Program-made: the position numbers and the translations under genes | DNA from: Bacteroidetes bacterium SB0662_bin_6 | Lineage (GTDB): Bacteria > Bacteroidota > Rhodothermia > Rhodothermales > VXPQ01 | Direction: 5' to 3' | Length of the DNA stretch: 64,000 nucleotides | Assembly: GCA_009839485.1 (NCBI GenBank) | Contig: VXPQ01000038.1 | Location: forward strand, 9,153-73,152 | Notes under the pieces: generated by a model | Database searches by the model: none | The model's input: the letters and a program-made list of their open reading frames with translations, nothing else | What the model was told of the DNA's origin: nothing | Shown: piece by piece, positions 9,284 to 18,766 of the stretch | Layout: every line of letters starts with the position of its first letter | How positions within the stretch are numbered: position 1 is the first letter of the stretch

Positions 9284-10399
9284 CTATTCCGCAAAATCCC
9301 GGTAGGCGGCCTCTACATCCTCAGGCGCCGGATGCCCGGAAAAAAGCAGAACCCGATGGCGCAGTGTGGCAGACGCCCCCGGCGCCAGCGCGAAATGCAG
9401 GGCTTCCGCTCCTTCACTGAAAACAGCCTGTCCAAATGGATTGGCCGCAAACAGGCCATAGTCGCGCGCATGCCAGTAGGTCGGAAACCCCGGGTTCCGG
9501 GGATGATCGAGCACCGCGACCGTCACCGGACGATCCCGGATCGTTCCGGAGAGCGTCATCCAGCGGGCGCGCTTCCCCCAGACATCAGGATATCCCGCAA
9601 TCCCCTCGCTGTTGCGGTATTGCCCGGTCACATGTTCGTTGTCCGTCGTGCTCATTACAGAACCGTCATTCGCAAGCACATCCACAGGACGGCCCGAAGG
9701 CATTTCCAGCGCGCGCGTGACCCGTAAACCAAGGGCTCCTTCCTTGTTGTCGTCGAAAGACACCTCCCGGTCCAGCGCGGTCAGCGTCGTGATGCGATCG
9801 ACGACACGGAGATCGGCCTCGGCGTGAAACACGAAGCGGGTATCCTCGCGAAGGAGCACCGTGCCGTCCGGAGCGAGCCAATCCATCGTGACATGAAGCG
9901 CGCCGCGTCCCTCCCCGCTTTCGGCTTGCGTGACCGCCCGGTGACGAATCGTGCCCATCGAAGCGGCGCGCTCGGCGGATACGGCATCCGAATTGTTCCA
10001 GAAATCCAGCCCGTTGATATCGCCGTAATTGAACCACAGGCCAATATGATGCGGGTGATCCACGCGCTCGCCCGCTGTCTGCTCCAGGGGATACCCCCGC
10101 GTCACGGCGATGCCGGATGCCGTCCGCAACGGATACAGCACCGGCTTCTTAAGCACGGAAAGCGTGTCCGCATACAGGTACGCGGTGAACACCTCCCCAT
10201 CGACCAGCACATCCACGCGCTGCGCCGCCGAATCCGGCACTACAAGAACCTGCGGCGTATCGAGATCCTGCCCAACCGCGAGGCCGGGGAAAGCGCCCGA
10301 CACAGGAATCAATGCCGCAAGAACGAACCATGCCCCCCACCCGAAAAAGAGCCGTCTGCGCAAGAGTCCCCCGACGCCGTGTACAGCCATGAAACCCAT
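9284..10399 (-). CDS. PmoA-like DUF6807 family protein (secreted)
   Basis: Has an N-terminal signal sequence. The motif DHPHHIGLWFNYGDINGLDFWN is characteristic, from memory, of the DUF6807/PmoA-like family that accompanies Gfo/Idh/MocA oxidoreductases. Confidence 0.6.
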   Translation of the reverse strand: MGFMAVHGVGGLLRRRLFFGWGAWFVLAALIPVSGAFPGLAVGQDLDTPQVLVVPDSAAQRVDVLVDGEVFTAYLYADTLSVLKKPVLYPLRTASGIAVTRGYPLEQTAGERVDHPHHIGLWFNYGDINGLDFWNNSDAVSAERAASMGTIRHRAVTQAESGEGRGALHVTMDWLAPDGTVLLREDTRFVFHAEADLRVVDRITTLTALDREVSFDDNKEGALGLRVTRALEMPSGRPVDVLANDGSVMSTTDNEHVTGQYRNSEGIAGYPDVWGKRARWMTLSGTIRDRPVTVAVLDHPRNPGFPTYWHARDYGLFAANPFGQAVFSEGAEALHFALAPGASATLRHRVLLFSGHPAPEDVEAAYRDFAE

Positions 10400-10402
10400 T
10401 GT

Positions 10403-11788
10403 TCAACTCACGACGACATCCATCTTCTGCATATCGAAGGTGATCCGCTTGCCGGTATGCAGCGCGGCGATCGTCATGCAGAGCGCCACGGAATGGTTCC
10501 AGGCAGCATGAATGTCCGCATTGGGTGTCTCGCGAGAGCGCACGCATTCCATCCAGTTGCGCATGTGCGCCATGGTGGCGTCATCGCCGCCGGTGTTTGC
10601 CGCCGTGGCCACGCCCCCCACCTCGTCCAGCTTCATTTCATTGAGCTGGAACGGCTGCATACCCATGGTAACGGCATGGCGCTCGGTCAGCCCTCCGTCC
10701 GGACTCACGGTGTTCGTATCGAGGTTCAGGGTGCCCCCGTTGGAATAATAGAGTTCCCGGACCCCGCCGGCCGCGTTCGTCTGCCGGGAAGAATACACCA
10801 CCTGAAACCCGCCGGTGGCGTCATCCAGCGGACCGTAATCATAGACCGCGGTCATCGTATCGAAATTCTTTCGCCCGTCCTTCCACAGGTAAATGCCGCC
10901 GTTGCCGACTACGCTGCGGGGATACGGCAGGCCGCTAAACCAGTGTACGGTATCGATCTGGTGCACCATCCATTGACCGGGAATACCGGAGGAGTACGGC
11001 CAGAATAACCGGTATTCGAGATATTTCCGCGGGTCCCATGCCTCATACGGGCGGTTCATCAGATAGCGCGTCCAGTCCGTATCCGATTCCTTGATGGACG
11101 CCACCAGATTCGGACGCCGCCACCGTCCGGGCTGGTTTACATTCCAGGTCATATGCGCCGCCACAATATCGCCGAACTTTCCGGAGCGGATATACTCGTT
11201 GGCGGCCATGTAATTCGAGGCGCTGCGGCGCTGGGTACCCACTTGCAGCACGCGATCCGACGCCGTAATCCTCTCCAGGGCCAGATTGGCGTCCCCCATC
11301 GTGTTGGCGAACGGCTTTTCGACATACACGTCGCATCCGGCTTCGACAGCTTCAATGGCATGCAGCGCATGCTGAAAATCCGCGGTGGAGATGACTACCG
11401 CATCGACCATGCCGGAGTCGTACAGTTCCTCGTTGTTGCGCATCGCCTTGACCCCGTCGCCTCCCTCAAGACCGGCTTCCGCGCGCTGCGCTTGCACAAA
11501 TGCCGTTCCCTCTTCGCGCCGGCGGTTCCAGATATCGGACACGGCCACGATATCGAAATTCATGTCCCTGGCGGAAGCAAGCAGTGACGGAATGAGCGAT
11601 CCGCGCGCCCGATCGGAAAAGCCCACGACACCGACGCGGACGCGATCGTTCGCCCCGAGGATGCGTCCGTAACTCTTCGAGGTCATACCGCTCGTAATGA
11701 TGCCACCCCCAAGCATGCCGCCGGCCGCACCGGCGGTCATGGTTTTGAGAAAGCTCCTGCGAGATGATGAGGTTCGCTTGTGCGTCAT
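10403..11788 (-). CDS. Gfo/Idh/MocA family oxidoreductase with TAT signal
   Basis: TAT motif SSRRSFLKTM. Rossmann N-terminal domain VRVGVVGFSDRARGSLIP, and EKPFANT typical of the Gfo/Idh/MocA family. Confidence 0.8.
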   Translation of the reverse strand: MTHKRTSSSRRSFLKTMTAGAAGGMLGGGIITSGMTSKSYGRILGANDRVRVGVVGFSDRARGSLIPSLLASARDMNFDIVAVSDIWNRRREEGTAFVQAQRAEAGLEGGDGVKAMRNNEELYDSGMVDAVVISTADFQHALHAIEAVEAGCDVYVEKPFANTMGDANLALERITASDRVLQVGTQRRSASNYMAANEYIRSGKFGDIVAAHMTWNVNQPGRWRRPNLVASIKESDTDWTRYLMNRPYEAWDPRKYLEYRLFWPYSSGIPGQWMVHQIDTVHWFSGLPYPRSVVGNGGIYLWKDGRKNFDTMTAVYDYGPLDDATGGFQVVYSSRQTNAAGGVRELYYSNGGTLNLDTNTVSPDGGLTERHAVTMGMQPFQLNEMKLDEVGGVATAANTGGDDATMAHMRNWMECVRSRETPNADIHAAWNHSVALCMTIAALHTGKRITFDMQKMDVVVS

Positions 11789-11828
11789 GATGATTCCGGA
11801 AAGGTATGTTCAGTAAATGCCTGTTTCG

Positions 11829-12713
11829 TTACGCCGCCATCCCGGCAAGCACGCCCCGCATGTATGCAAAGGATTGCTTCATACCCGGTAACGGGTCCCT
11901 GGCGTCAATCTCGTATTCGAGGTTCACGTAGCCCTGATAGTTCATCTCCACCAGCTGCCTGAAAATGTCGGCTACAGGCATGGCGCCTTCACCCACAATG
12001 CACTGGCTGTCCCGATCGCTCATGTCCCGCAGATCCTTCATATGGACATCCAGCAGGCGGTCACCCGCTTCGGCAATGGATTCCACCACATCCACGCCGG
12101 TTCGGGCCGTATGCCCGACATCGATGCACAAACCCACGCGCGGGTCCATATCCCGGATCACTTCGAGACCATCCCGCGGTCCCGGGAAATGCGGGTCTTC
12201 CGGGCCGTGGTTGTGAATGGCTACGCTAATGTCGTATTCCTTGACGAATCGTTCGATCCGGGGCATGTTTTTCGCAGTCGGGGCGATGACCAGCATAGGA
12301 ATGCCGACGGCCCTGGCGTATTCGAAAAACATGCGGACATGATCATCGTCGTCTTTATCGATCGTATTGTTTCCTCCGCTTACGAGTTCGATACCCGCCC
12401 GCGCAAATTCCCGCACACCCGACGCCAGGTCTTCCGGGGAATCTTCATAGGGCATGTGGAACGACTTGACGCTGACATGCTCCACATGCAATGCCTGGAC
12501 CATGGAGATGGCCTCGGTCCGGTCGAATCTGCGCAGCGAATAGGTGGCTACGCCAAGGGTAAAAGGTATGTGTCCATCGGAACGCTTTTCCCTGAAAGGG
12601 GAAGCGGCGCCGGCGGCGTACGGAGCAAATCCGACCCCTGCGGAAGCGAGGGCGGCTGTTTTGACGAATCGACGACGGGTCAGATCGCGAAAAGACATGA
12701 CAGGTACCTGCAC
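11829..12713 (-). CDS. TAT-signal sugar phosphate isomerase/epimerase (xylose-isomerase-like TIM barrel)
   Basis: TAT motif LTRRRFVKTAALASAG. TIM-barrel body with IHNHGPED, CIDVGHTARTG, HMKD, NLEYE. Confidence 0.72.
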   Translation of the reverse strand: MQVPVMSFRDLTRRRFVKTAALASAGVGFAPYAAGAASPFREKRSDGHIPFTLGVATYSLRRFDRTEAISMVQALHVEHVSVKSFHMPYEDSPEDLASGVREFARAGIELVSGGNNTIDKDDDDHVRMFFEYARAVGIPMLVIAPTAKNMPRIERFVKEYDISVAIHNHGPEDPHFPGPRDGLEVIRDMDPRVGLCIDVGHTARTGVDVVESIAEAGDRLLDVHMKDLRDMSDRDSQCIVGEGAMPVADIFRQLVEMNYQGYVNLEYEIDARDPLPGMKQSFAYMRGVLAGMAA

Positions 12714-12928
12714 TTGTTAAGAAAACAGTCCGGCCCGCACAGAAACACGAAGCGGAACGGGCTCGCTCGTCCTGTACGAACACTTTTTTACCGGAGGCCT
12801 TATAGCCTGATCCCCGACCGCGAAAAATACCGGACAGAGACGGAAGTATAACCATCGGAGCATTGTCCGTAAAGAGCAGAACGCCGCTAATAACCGGGCA
12901 AACGCGCTGTTTTCACAAATACCTTATC

Positions 12929-13249
12929 AGGATACTCTGATCAAAGTCGCTGCGTACAGTATCTTTCGACCTGTTCCACAGTGCTTTCAGTACAGGATAC
13001 TCTGATCAAAACCGCTTCCCTCAGCGCGTCACGTTCGTGCGTAAAGGATTCATGATCGCATTGTTGAAACCAGCAGAAAACACTGTAGATTCGGTACGTT
13101 GTGGACGTGACGCGCCCTTCGGGAGACTGCGAGGGGTGCGCTGGCTGTGTCATTCCTCATTACGTGGGGCCTGCCACGCTTCTTCGTCATTCCTTGCCAG
13201 CGCACCCCTCGCAGTCTCTGAGGTTTGAGGACTTAATCAGAGTATCCTG
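12929..13249. mobile_element. MITE-like element(s) with CAGGATACTCTGAT terminal inverted repeats
   Basis: caggatactctgatcaaa occurs directly at 12929 and 12994, and inverted as cttaatcagagtatcctg ending at 13249. The spans are therefore 321 bp or 256 bp. Inside is a perfect 23-bp inverted repeat (13124-13146 and 13197-13219) with a 50-nt loop. No coding capacity and no clear target-site duplication. Confidence 0.6.
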
Positions 13250-13280
13250 CAAAAAATCCAGCAAAAAACCTGCCTGTTCC

Positions 13281-14081
13281 ATGCACAGCGCCCCCCGCTT
13301 CCTCGTGCCCCTCTTCCTTGTTGCGGCTTTTTCGCTCGTCACCAGCGGCAGCGCCGACGCCCAAGGGTGGAGCGTCACGGAAGTACAATATCAGGTGGGC
13401 TCCGCACTCGAGGAGCACGCCGTGAGCCCCACCGGAACACAGCACCTGATCACATTCCAGCATGCCAGCGGCTGGAGTCTTGGCGAGAATTTTTTCTTTG
13501 TGGATATGGCGTGCTGCAAAGGCGCCGGGGGCGCTAACCGGGATATATATATGGAATGGTATCCATTCCTCAGCCTCGGGGCGCTCACGGGGCACGAAAT
13601 TGCATGGGGGCCCATCCGGGGCGTAGGTCCGCTGGGAGGAATAAACTGGGGAGCGCAAGGAAAGGTACTGAAGATCACACCCGGGTTCCGGCTGCAACTG
13701 GATCTGCCTGGCTTCGCCTTCGCAAACCTCGACTATGTGTATCTCGTGGATCGCAGTGCAGGACTCACCGAAGGCGGCGCACCCAAAGACGACAACAGCC
13801 ACCTCATCGATTTCAACTGGGCGCTGCCGTTCAATATCGGCGGCGGCGCATTCTCCCTGGAAGGACATGCCGAGTGGCAAAGCAGCCGGAATACCGAAGT
13901 CGGTGATGCGCCGTACTGGATCCTGATGCAACCCCAGCTACGCCTCGATGTCGGCAAGGCGCTCGCCGGAAGCCCGGGACGCTTTTTTGCAGGAACCGAA
14001 ATGCATATCTGGATCAACAAGTTCGGCTTCGAGGACGCCGACGAGGTCATTCCCCAGTTTCTCGCGGTATTTCGTTTTTAG
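13281..14081 (+). CDS. Outer-membrane beta-barrel protein, possibly Tsx/OmpK-like
   Basis: The ORF-track start (13101) runs through the repeat element. The ATG at 13281 gives the signal peptide MHSAPRFLVPLFLVAAFSLVTSGSADAQ. Has aromatic-rich beta-strand periodicity and a C-terminal ...FLAVFRF. The family call is tentative. Confidence 0.45.
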   Translation: MHSAPRFLVPLFLVAAFSLVTSGSADAQGWSVTEVQYQVGSALEEHAVSPTGTQHLITFQHASGWSLGENFFFVDMACCKGAGGANRDIYMEWYPFLSLGALTGHEIAWGPIRGVGPLGGINWGAQGKVLKITPGFRLQLDLPGFAFANLDYVYLVDRSAGLTEGGAPKDDNSHLIDFNWALPFNIGGGAFSLEGHAEWQSSRNTEVGDAPYWILMQPQLRLDVGKALAGSPGRFFAGTEMHIWINKFGFEDADEVIPQFLAVFRF

Positions 14082-14105
14082 GCTCTGTTACCACTATGCA
14101 GCAAT
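14082..14105 (+). repeat. Copy of the second repeat module (CTGTTACCACTATGCAGCA)
   Basis: ggctctgttaccactatgcagca lies directly after the stop codon. It is the reverse complement of 46830-46852 (tgctgcatagtggtaacaggccc) apart from a 2-nt substitution. Confidence 0.7.
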
Positions 14106-14235
14106 GCTCTGTTCCGTCAGGCACGGCGTCAATCAAGGCGCGAGGAGTGAAGTTTGGTGGTTCCAAATGAGCGACGAGCAACGAAGAGTGACGCCGTGAC
14201 CGGCGGAACCCGAAGGGCGGGGCCTGTTTTCCCCG

Positions 14236-15813
14236 TCAGCGGACATCCTCCCGGATCCACTTCATAAAGGACACGGCGAGGATAACCAGAATCGCCATCA
14301 ACGGGATGGATACCAGGATCGAGGACGCCTTCAAAGCATCTATGCTCTGCTGTCCCCCTGCGAACATCAACGCAAGAGACACGCACGCCAGTACAATGGC
14401 CCAGAAAATGCGATGCCACCTGGCCGGCTCGACAACCCTTCCTTGCTCTTTCGTGGCCACCGCAGCCAGCACATAGGCCGCGGAGTCCAGGGTGGTCGCC
14501 CCGAAAATGAAAGCCAGCGCAACAAAAAGCGCCACGAGGGGCGCGGCAACCGGGAGCACCCGCCCGCCTACTGCGGCAATGGTTGCTATGATCGCCTCGG
14601 GCGCCTGACCGATTGCCACCATCTCCGTCAGGTTTTGCGATCCCTCCAGATCGAAAAACATACCGGTGTTGCCGAGCACGCCGAAAACGAGCCAGCATCC
14701 CAGCGACCCGGCAATCATCTCGCCCAGAATCACTTCGCGGATGGTGCGCCCCCTCGATATGCGGGCGATGAAGAGCCCCATGAACGGCGCATACGCCACC
14801 CACCAGGCCCAGTAAAAAATGGTCCATTCTTCGGCAAAGGTGGCGCCGGACTCCGCAGAGGCCACGCCGGACGCCGCAATCGCACTGCCGGCCTTGGCAA
14901 CCGAATCGGCATAGAAACTCATCTTGATGAAATTCTGAAATATCAGTCCGACGCTATGCGTGAAGGAATCGATAATGAACATCGTCGGACCAAACACGAA
15001 CACAAACGCCATCAGCGCAGTGACCAGCCAGACATTGATGTCGCTCAGGACCTTGATCCCCCTTTTCAACCCGGAATAGACACTGAATCCAAACAGGGCG
15101 CTCCAGATCACTATGACGAAGGCGTCGAGCAGGAAGGTGCGCTCGAGGCCGAACAGGTCTGCAATACCTGCGGAAATGAGGGGCGTGCTGAGCCCTATAG
15201 AAGTCCCCACCCCGCCGAGCAGGCCCAGAATGAACACGATGTCGATGATCTTGCCCGGCAGGCCCGCAGCCGCCCGGGCGCCGATCGCCCCTTCGCACGC
15301 CGCCGAAAGACGCAGCACGGGCCGCCCCCGGTTCCAGTACAGATACCCGAGAGGAAGTACCGGCACAGTATAGATGGCCCAGGCGAGCGGCCCCCAATGG
15401 AACATGCCATAGGCGGCGGCCCACTCTATGGCTTCCTTGGACCGGGGCTCGATATCGAACGGGGGTTCCGTGTAGTAATAGGCCCATTCGATCGTGCCCC
15501 AATAGATGACACTGGCCCCGATGCCGGCGCAAAACAGCATGGCGCCCCAGCTGAACAACGAAAATTCCGGCGGGCTGTCGGGACCGCCGAATCGGACACG
15601 TCCGTATTTCCCCAGAGCCACGTAGAGCAGAAAACCGAAGACGACCACGAAAAACCACAGATGCAGCCATCCGAGGGTCCGGGTCATCCAGTTCATGGCG
15701 TTGCCCAGCACCTCAGCGCCGCCGGACGGAAACATAATCAGCGGGACGATCAGGCAAAGAACCCCGCCGAAGGTAACCCAGAAAATGACCTTCTCTATCT
15801 TTGGCCCTTGCAC
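14236..15813 (-). CDS. BCCT family (betaine/carnitine/choline-type) transporter
   Basis: 525 aa and polytopic. Contains the BCCT signature region WTIFYWAWWVAYAPFMGLFIARISRGRTIRE. Confidence 0.88.
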   Translation of the reverse strand: MQGPKIEKVIFWVTFGGVLCLIVPLIMFPSGGAEVLGNAMNWMTRTLGWLHLWFFVVVFGFLLYVALGKYGRVRFGGPDSPPEFSLFSWGAMLFCAGIGASVIYWGTIEWAYYYTEPPFDIEPRSKEAIEWAAAYGMFHWGPLAWAIYTVPVLPLGYLYWNRGRPVLRLSAACEGAIGARAAAGLPGKIIDIVFILGLLGGVGTSIGLSTPLISAGIADLFGLERTFLLDAFVIVIWSALFGFSVYSGLKRGIKVLSDINVWLVTALMAFVFVFGPTMFIIDSFTHSVGLIFQNFIKMSFYADSVAKAGSAIAASGVASAESGATFAEEWTIFYWAWWVAYAPFMGLFIARISRGRTIREVILGEMIAGSLGCWLVFGVLGNTGMFFDLEGSQNLTEMVAIGQAPEAIIATIAAVGGRVLPVAAPLVALFVALAFIFGATTLDSAAYVLAAVATKEQGRVVEPARWHRIFWAIVLACVSLALMFAGGQQSIDALKASSILVSIPLMAILVILAVSFMKWIREDVR

Positions 15814-15873
15814 AGGGATATCCCTTCTTTCCTTGCCATACTTTCCGGAATCGGGGCAAATCCGGTCATGACC

Positions 15874-18555
15874 TTACCTGCCGCCGAGCGCAATCGCGTT
15901 GGATAATATACGGAATGCGCCCGGGACCCCGTACGGCACCTGGCGGTGAAGCGCCAGCGAAAGGTAGCTGTAGTGCCCTGACCCCACTTCCGAGGCCAGC
16001 CATATGCCCTGCTGCGGCGCCTGCCCGGTATCCTGTGTTTCCACGAGCGGGGTATAGGCAGCATCCCACTCCGTGAAGAACTTGGAGCCCCGCTGCTCGA
16101 TCCAGTGGTCGAAATCGGCCAGGGTAATCGCGTTGGGCGTGGTCAGGAGGGGATGATCCGGCGCAAGAATACGCACGGGAGAATCCTGTTCGGAGACTTC
16201 CTGCGCCCCCCGGGGCAATTCGGCAGGATGCGCCGCCATGTCGTTCGGCACGAACTCCTGGGTCTGATACAGGATGATCAGGTTGCCGCCCGCCGCCGCA
16301 TAATCCAGCAGGCGCCGGTTATGCTCTACAAGGTCCTGCCGCACGGCATACGCCCGCGTCCCTACAACGATGGTATCGAAGTGATCCAGAGAACCGCTCG
16401 CCAGATCCCCCTCGCCAAGCAGTTGCACAGAGGCGCCGAGGTTTTCGATCGCAGCGGGCACCTCGTCACCCACGCCCATGACGTACCCCACCTGCATGCC
16501 GTCCAGCCGGGCGACCGGCACGGAGAGGATGGTGATTTCCGCCGGCATCCGGAGACGGGCAAGCGGCAAATCCCGATGCTCGATGACCTGGTAGCCATTC
16601 CGGTATTGCCGGCGGTCTTCCCCTTCCCCGGATTCGGCCATGGCCTGGATCGTTGCTTCACCGGACCAGTCCGCAGGAGGCTGTACCATGAAACGCGCCT
16701 CGACGACTTCGCCCTGGTTCCCGAACGCATGCTGTATGGAAGCCGGATCGCTCGTCCAGCCCTCAGGCAGTTCGATGGCTATGTCCGCAACCACTGAATC
16801 CGCAATAGCCTCGACGCGCACGAGCACCGGAACCGCCTCCACCGCCCCGATATCCTCCATGTCCATCGGAAGGACATGTACACGCGGACTGATCGAAACG
16901 GACAAATCGGGAAGAATTTCCACCCGGCGGGCAAGGAAACCGAAAGGTAAGCGGGATACGTATCCGGTGACAGGCATCGTCCGCACGATCTCCACCCCGT
17001 CCACCTCCAGAAGCACCTGCACGGACAAGGCCATGGGGCGCCAGGGCAAGTGCATCGCCGAAGAAGGCTCCAGAATCCGATACATATTTTCGGTGGGGCT
17101 GCTGCGCTCGAAATACGGGCCGTCGAAGAGCGGATCCCCCGATCCGACCCTGGCCACGAGCTCCACCTCGTTTCCGGCCCCTTCGTCCGACCGGGCCAAT
17201 TCGGCAACGCCTCCCTTGTCCCGCTCAAGAACCAGCACTTCGCGCACCGCAATACGATCAGGCAGTTCGCTCTCCACAGCGACGGCAATAGCGGCTTCCT
17301 GATTTCTCACCAGCGAAGCGCCCAATGCCTGATCGGCCAGTTCGGCGCGTATGCGCACGCCCGCTGCGGCTATGATCGCATCTTCGAATTGCTGCGCCTT
17401 CACGGACAATTCAAAGGCCGTTTCCGGAAGATCCGCCGCAGCCTCGATGGTGGAGCGCACCAGGCCCAGGCCGCGTACGAGTTCGGAAACCACCTGCTCC
17501 GGCGCCAGAAAATCGAAATCCTGCATCACCCCGTCGATCAGGGTCTGAAGTTCGGCAAGGGATGAAGCAACCTCGAGAGACGCCTCTTCCCCTACAAGCG
17601 CCGGAAACCCGGGCAGACTCGTATCGATTCCCTCAAAAAAGGTGTCGGATACCCGGTTCTCCGCATCGCTGGCCGAGTCGCCGAGCAGTTCATAGCGGTA
17701 CGTACGGCCTCCCCAGTTCCGGAACCGCCCCGATGTCTGGGAACGCTGGAGACTCAGGCCATAGCGCCCATAGTCTCCGTACGAGACGCCGAGAAGCGGG
17801 CTGTATGCCGTGGCGTCCAGAACCACATGGTGCGGCTCGTCGTCAGCGGCCCCGCCCCGGAAAAGCAGCGGAACGGACCAGGAGCGGAGCCCTTCTTCCG
17901 AAATCTGTTCCGGGAAGCGGTTGGGGTCGGCTGCGGCAGCTACCGCCTGGGGGGTAAGCACCCCGGAAGCCTGGTGGTGTCCATGTCCGTCCCGTAAGCC
18001 GGCATAGAACCGGGAAACGACAGCAATCGGACGATTCAGGCGAATGACCCGCACGATGTCCTCCAGTACGACTTCGGGGTCCCAGCTACTCATCGCTTCG
18101 TCCAGCGTCTTGGAATACCCGTAATCGACAGCGCGGGTAAAGTATAAATCGTCCAGGCCGTAATACCGGCCCGACAGTACCAGTTCCCGTGTTCGAATCA
18201 ACCCCAGCGCATCGAACAGTTCCGAGCCGATGGCATTGGCGCCCGCTTCACCTCTGTTGATGCTCAACTCGGACGTGCGTGCGCCCCATGCCCGGGAAGA
18301 CAAGGCAAGCATGCCCGCGTGTTCGTCGTCGGGATGGGCCAGCACATGAAGCAACGAAGCGGTCGTGCCCAGTTTGTTGATGCGATGCCAGGCGCCAGGC
18401 GCTCCCTGATCAGACGGTAAAACCTCGCCTGAAACGGGAGACGGAAACGCCAGCACACGATCAGGAGCCGACTGGCCTGTAGCAGGATGGGCCGTCAGGA
18501 TGAACACAAAGGCGGCAAGCAAAGAAATGGAGCAGGAACTGTGGAAGAAGCGCAT
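15874..18555 (-). CDS. PIG-L/LmbE-family deacetylase fused to a large C-terminal region (ThuA/GATase-like end)
   Basis: Start trimmed to the ATG that gives signal peptide MRFFHSSCSISLLAAFVFILTAHPATGQ. LmbE zinc motif LHVLAHPDDEHAGM and HGHHQASG. C-terminal DTIVVGTRAYAVRQDLVEHNRRLLDYAAAGGNLIILYQ resembles ThuA-like class-I amidotransferase folds. Confidence 0.7.
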   Translation of the reverse strand: MRFFHSSCSISLLAAFVFILTAHPATGQSAPDRVLAFPSPVSGEVLPSDQGAPGAWHRINKLGTTASLLHVLAHPDDEHAGMLALSSRAWGARTSELSINRGEAGANAIGSELFDALGLIRTRELVLSGRYYGLDDLYFTRAVDYGYSKTLDEAMSSWDPEVVLEDIVRVIRLNRPIAVVSRFYAGLRDGHGHHQASGVLTPQAVAAAADPNRFPEQISEEGLRSWSVPLLFRGGAADDEPHHVVLDATAYSPLLGVSYGDYGRYGLSLQRSQTSGRFRNWGGRTYRYELLGDSASDAENRVSDTFFEGIDTSLPGFPALVGEEASLEVASSLAELQTLIDGVMQDFDFLAPEQVVSELVRGLGLVRSTIEAAADLPETAFELSVKAQQFEDAIIAAAGVRIRAELADQALGASLVRNQEAAIAVAVESELPDRIAVREVLVLERDKGGVAELARSDEGAGNEVELVARVGSGDPLFDGPYFERSSPTENMYRILEPSSAMHLPWRPMALSVQVLLEVDGVEIVRTMPVTGYVSRLPFGFLARRVEILPDLSVSISPRVHVLPMDMEDIGAVEAVPVLVRVEAIADSVVADIAIELPEGWTSDPASIQHAFGNQGEVVEARFMVQPPADWSGEATIQAMAESGEGEDRRQYRNGYQVIEHRDLPLARLRMPAEITILSVPVARLDGMQVGYVMGVGDEVPAAIENLGASVQLLGEGDLASGSLDHFDTIVVGTRAYAVRQDLVEHNRRLLDYAAAGGNLIILYQTQEFVPNDMAAHPAELPRGAQEVSEQDSPVRILAPDHPLLTTPNAITLADFDHWIEQRGSKFFTEWDAAYTPLVETQDTGQAPQQGIWLASEVGSGHYSYLSLALHRQVPYGVPGAFRILSNAIALGGR

Positions 18556-18766
18556 GACGGTTATAAGGAGTGGCTTTGCAGGAAAAGGGCAGTATCGCAA
18601 ATAATCAAAAAATGGCGTGAGGCGCAAGAAAAATGCGACCGGCAGAGACCGGCATGGCTTCTATACCCGGCAGGGCCGTTGATCGTTCGCTGCCCTGCCC
18701 GTATCTTCGTATACGCCATCCCTCCTGAAAACAACGCTGCATATTCAGCGAGCATTCGACGCATTC

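Noticed and set aside
9824-11008. 394-aa + strand ORF across the DUF6807 and Gfo/Idh/MocA genes
   Set aside because: It is antisense to two genes with clear signal peptides and family motifs. Its composition is low-complexity, rich in His, Arg and Pro.
13101-13280. N-terminal 60 codons of ORF 13101-14081
   Set aside because: They read straight through the repeat element and its 23-bp inverted repeat. A canonical signal peptide begins at ATG 13281.
14413-15906. 497-aa + strand ORF
   Set aside because: It is antisense to the BCCT transporter, whose signature motif is unambiguous. The product is a hydrophilic Arg/Pro/Gly-rich sequence with no motif.
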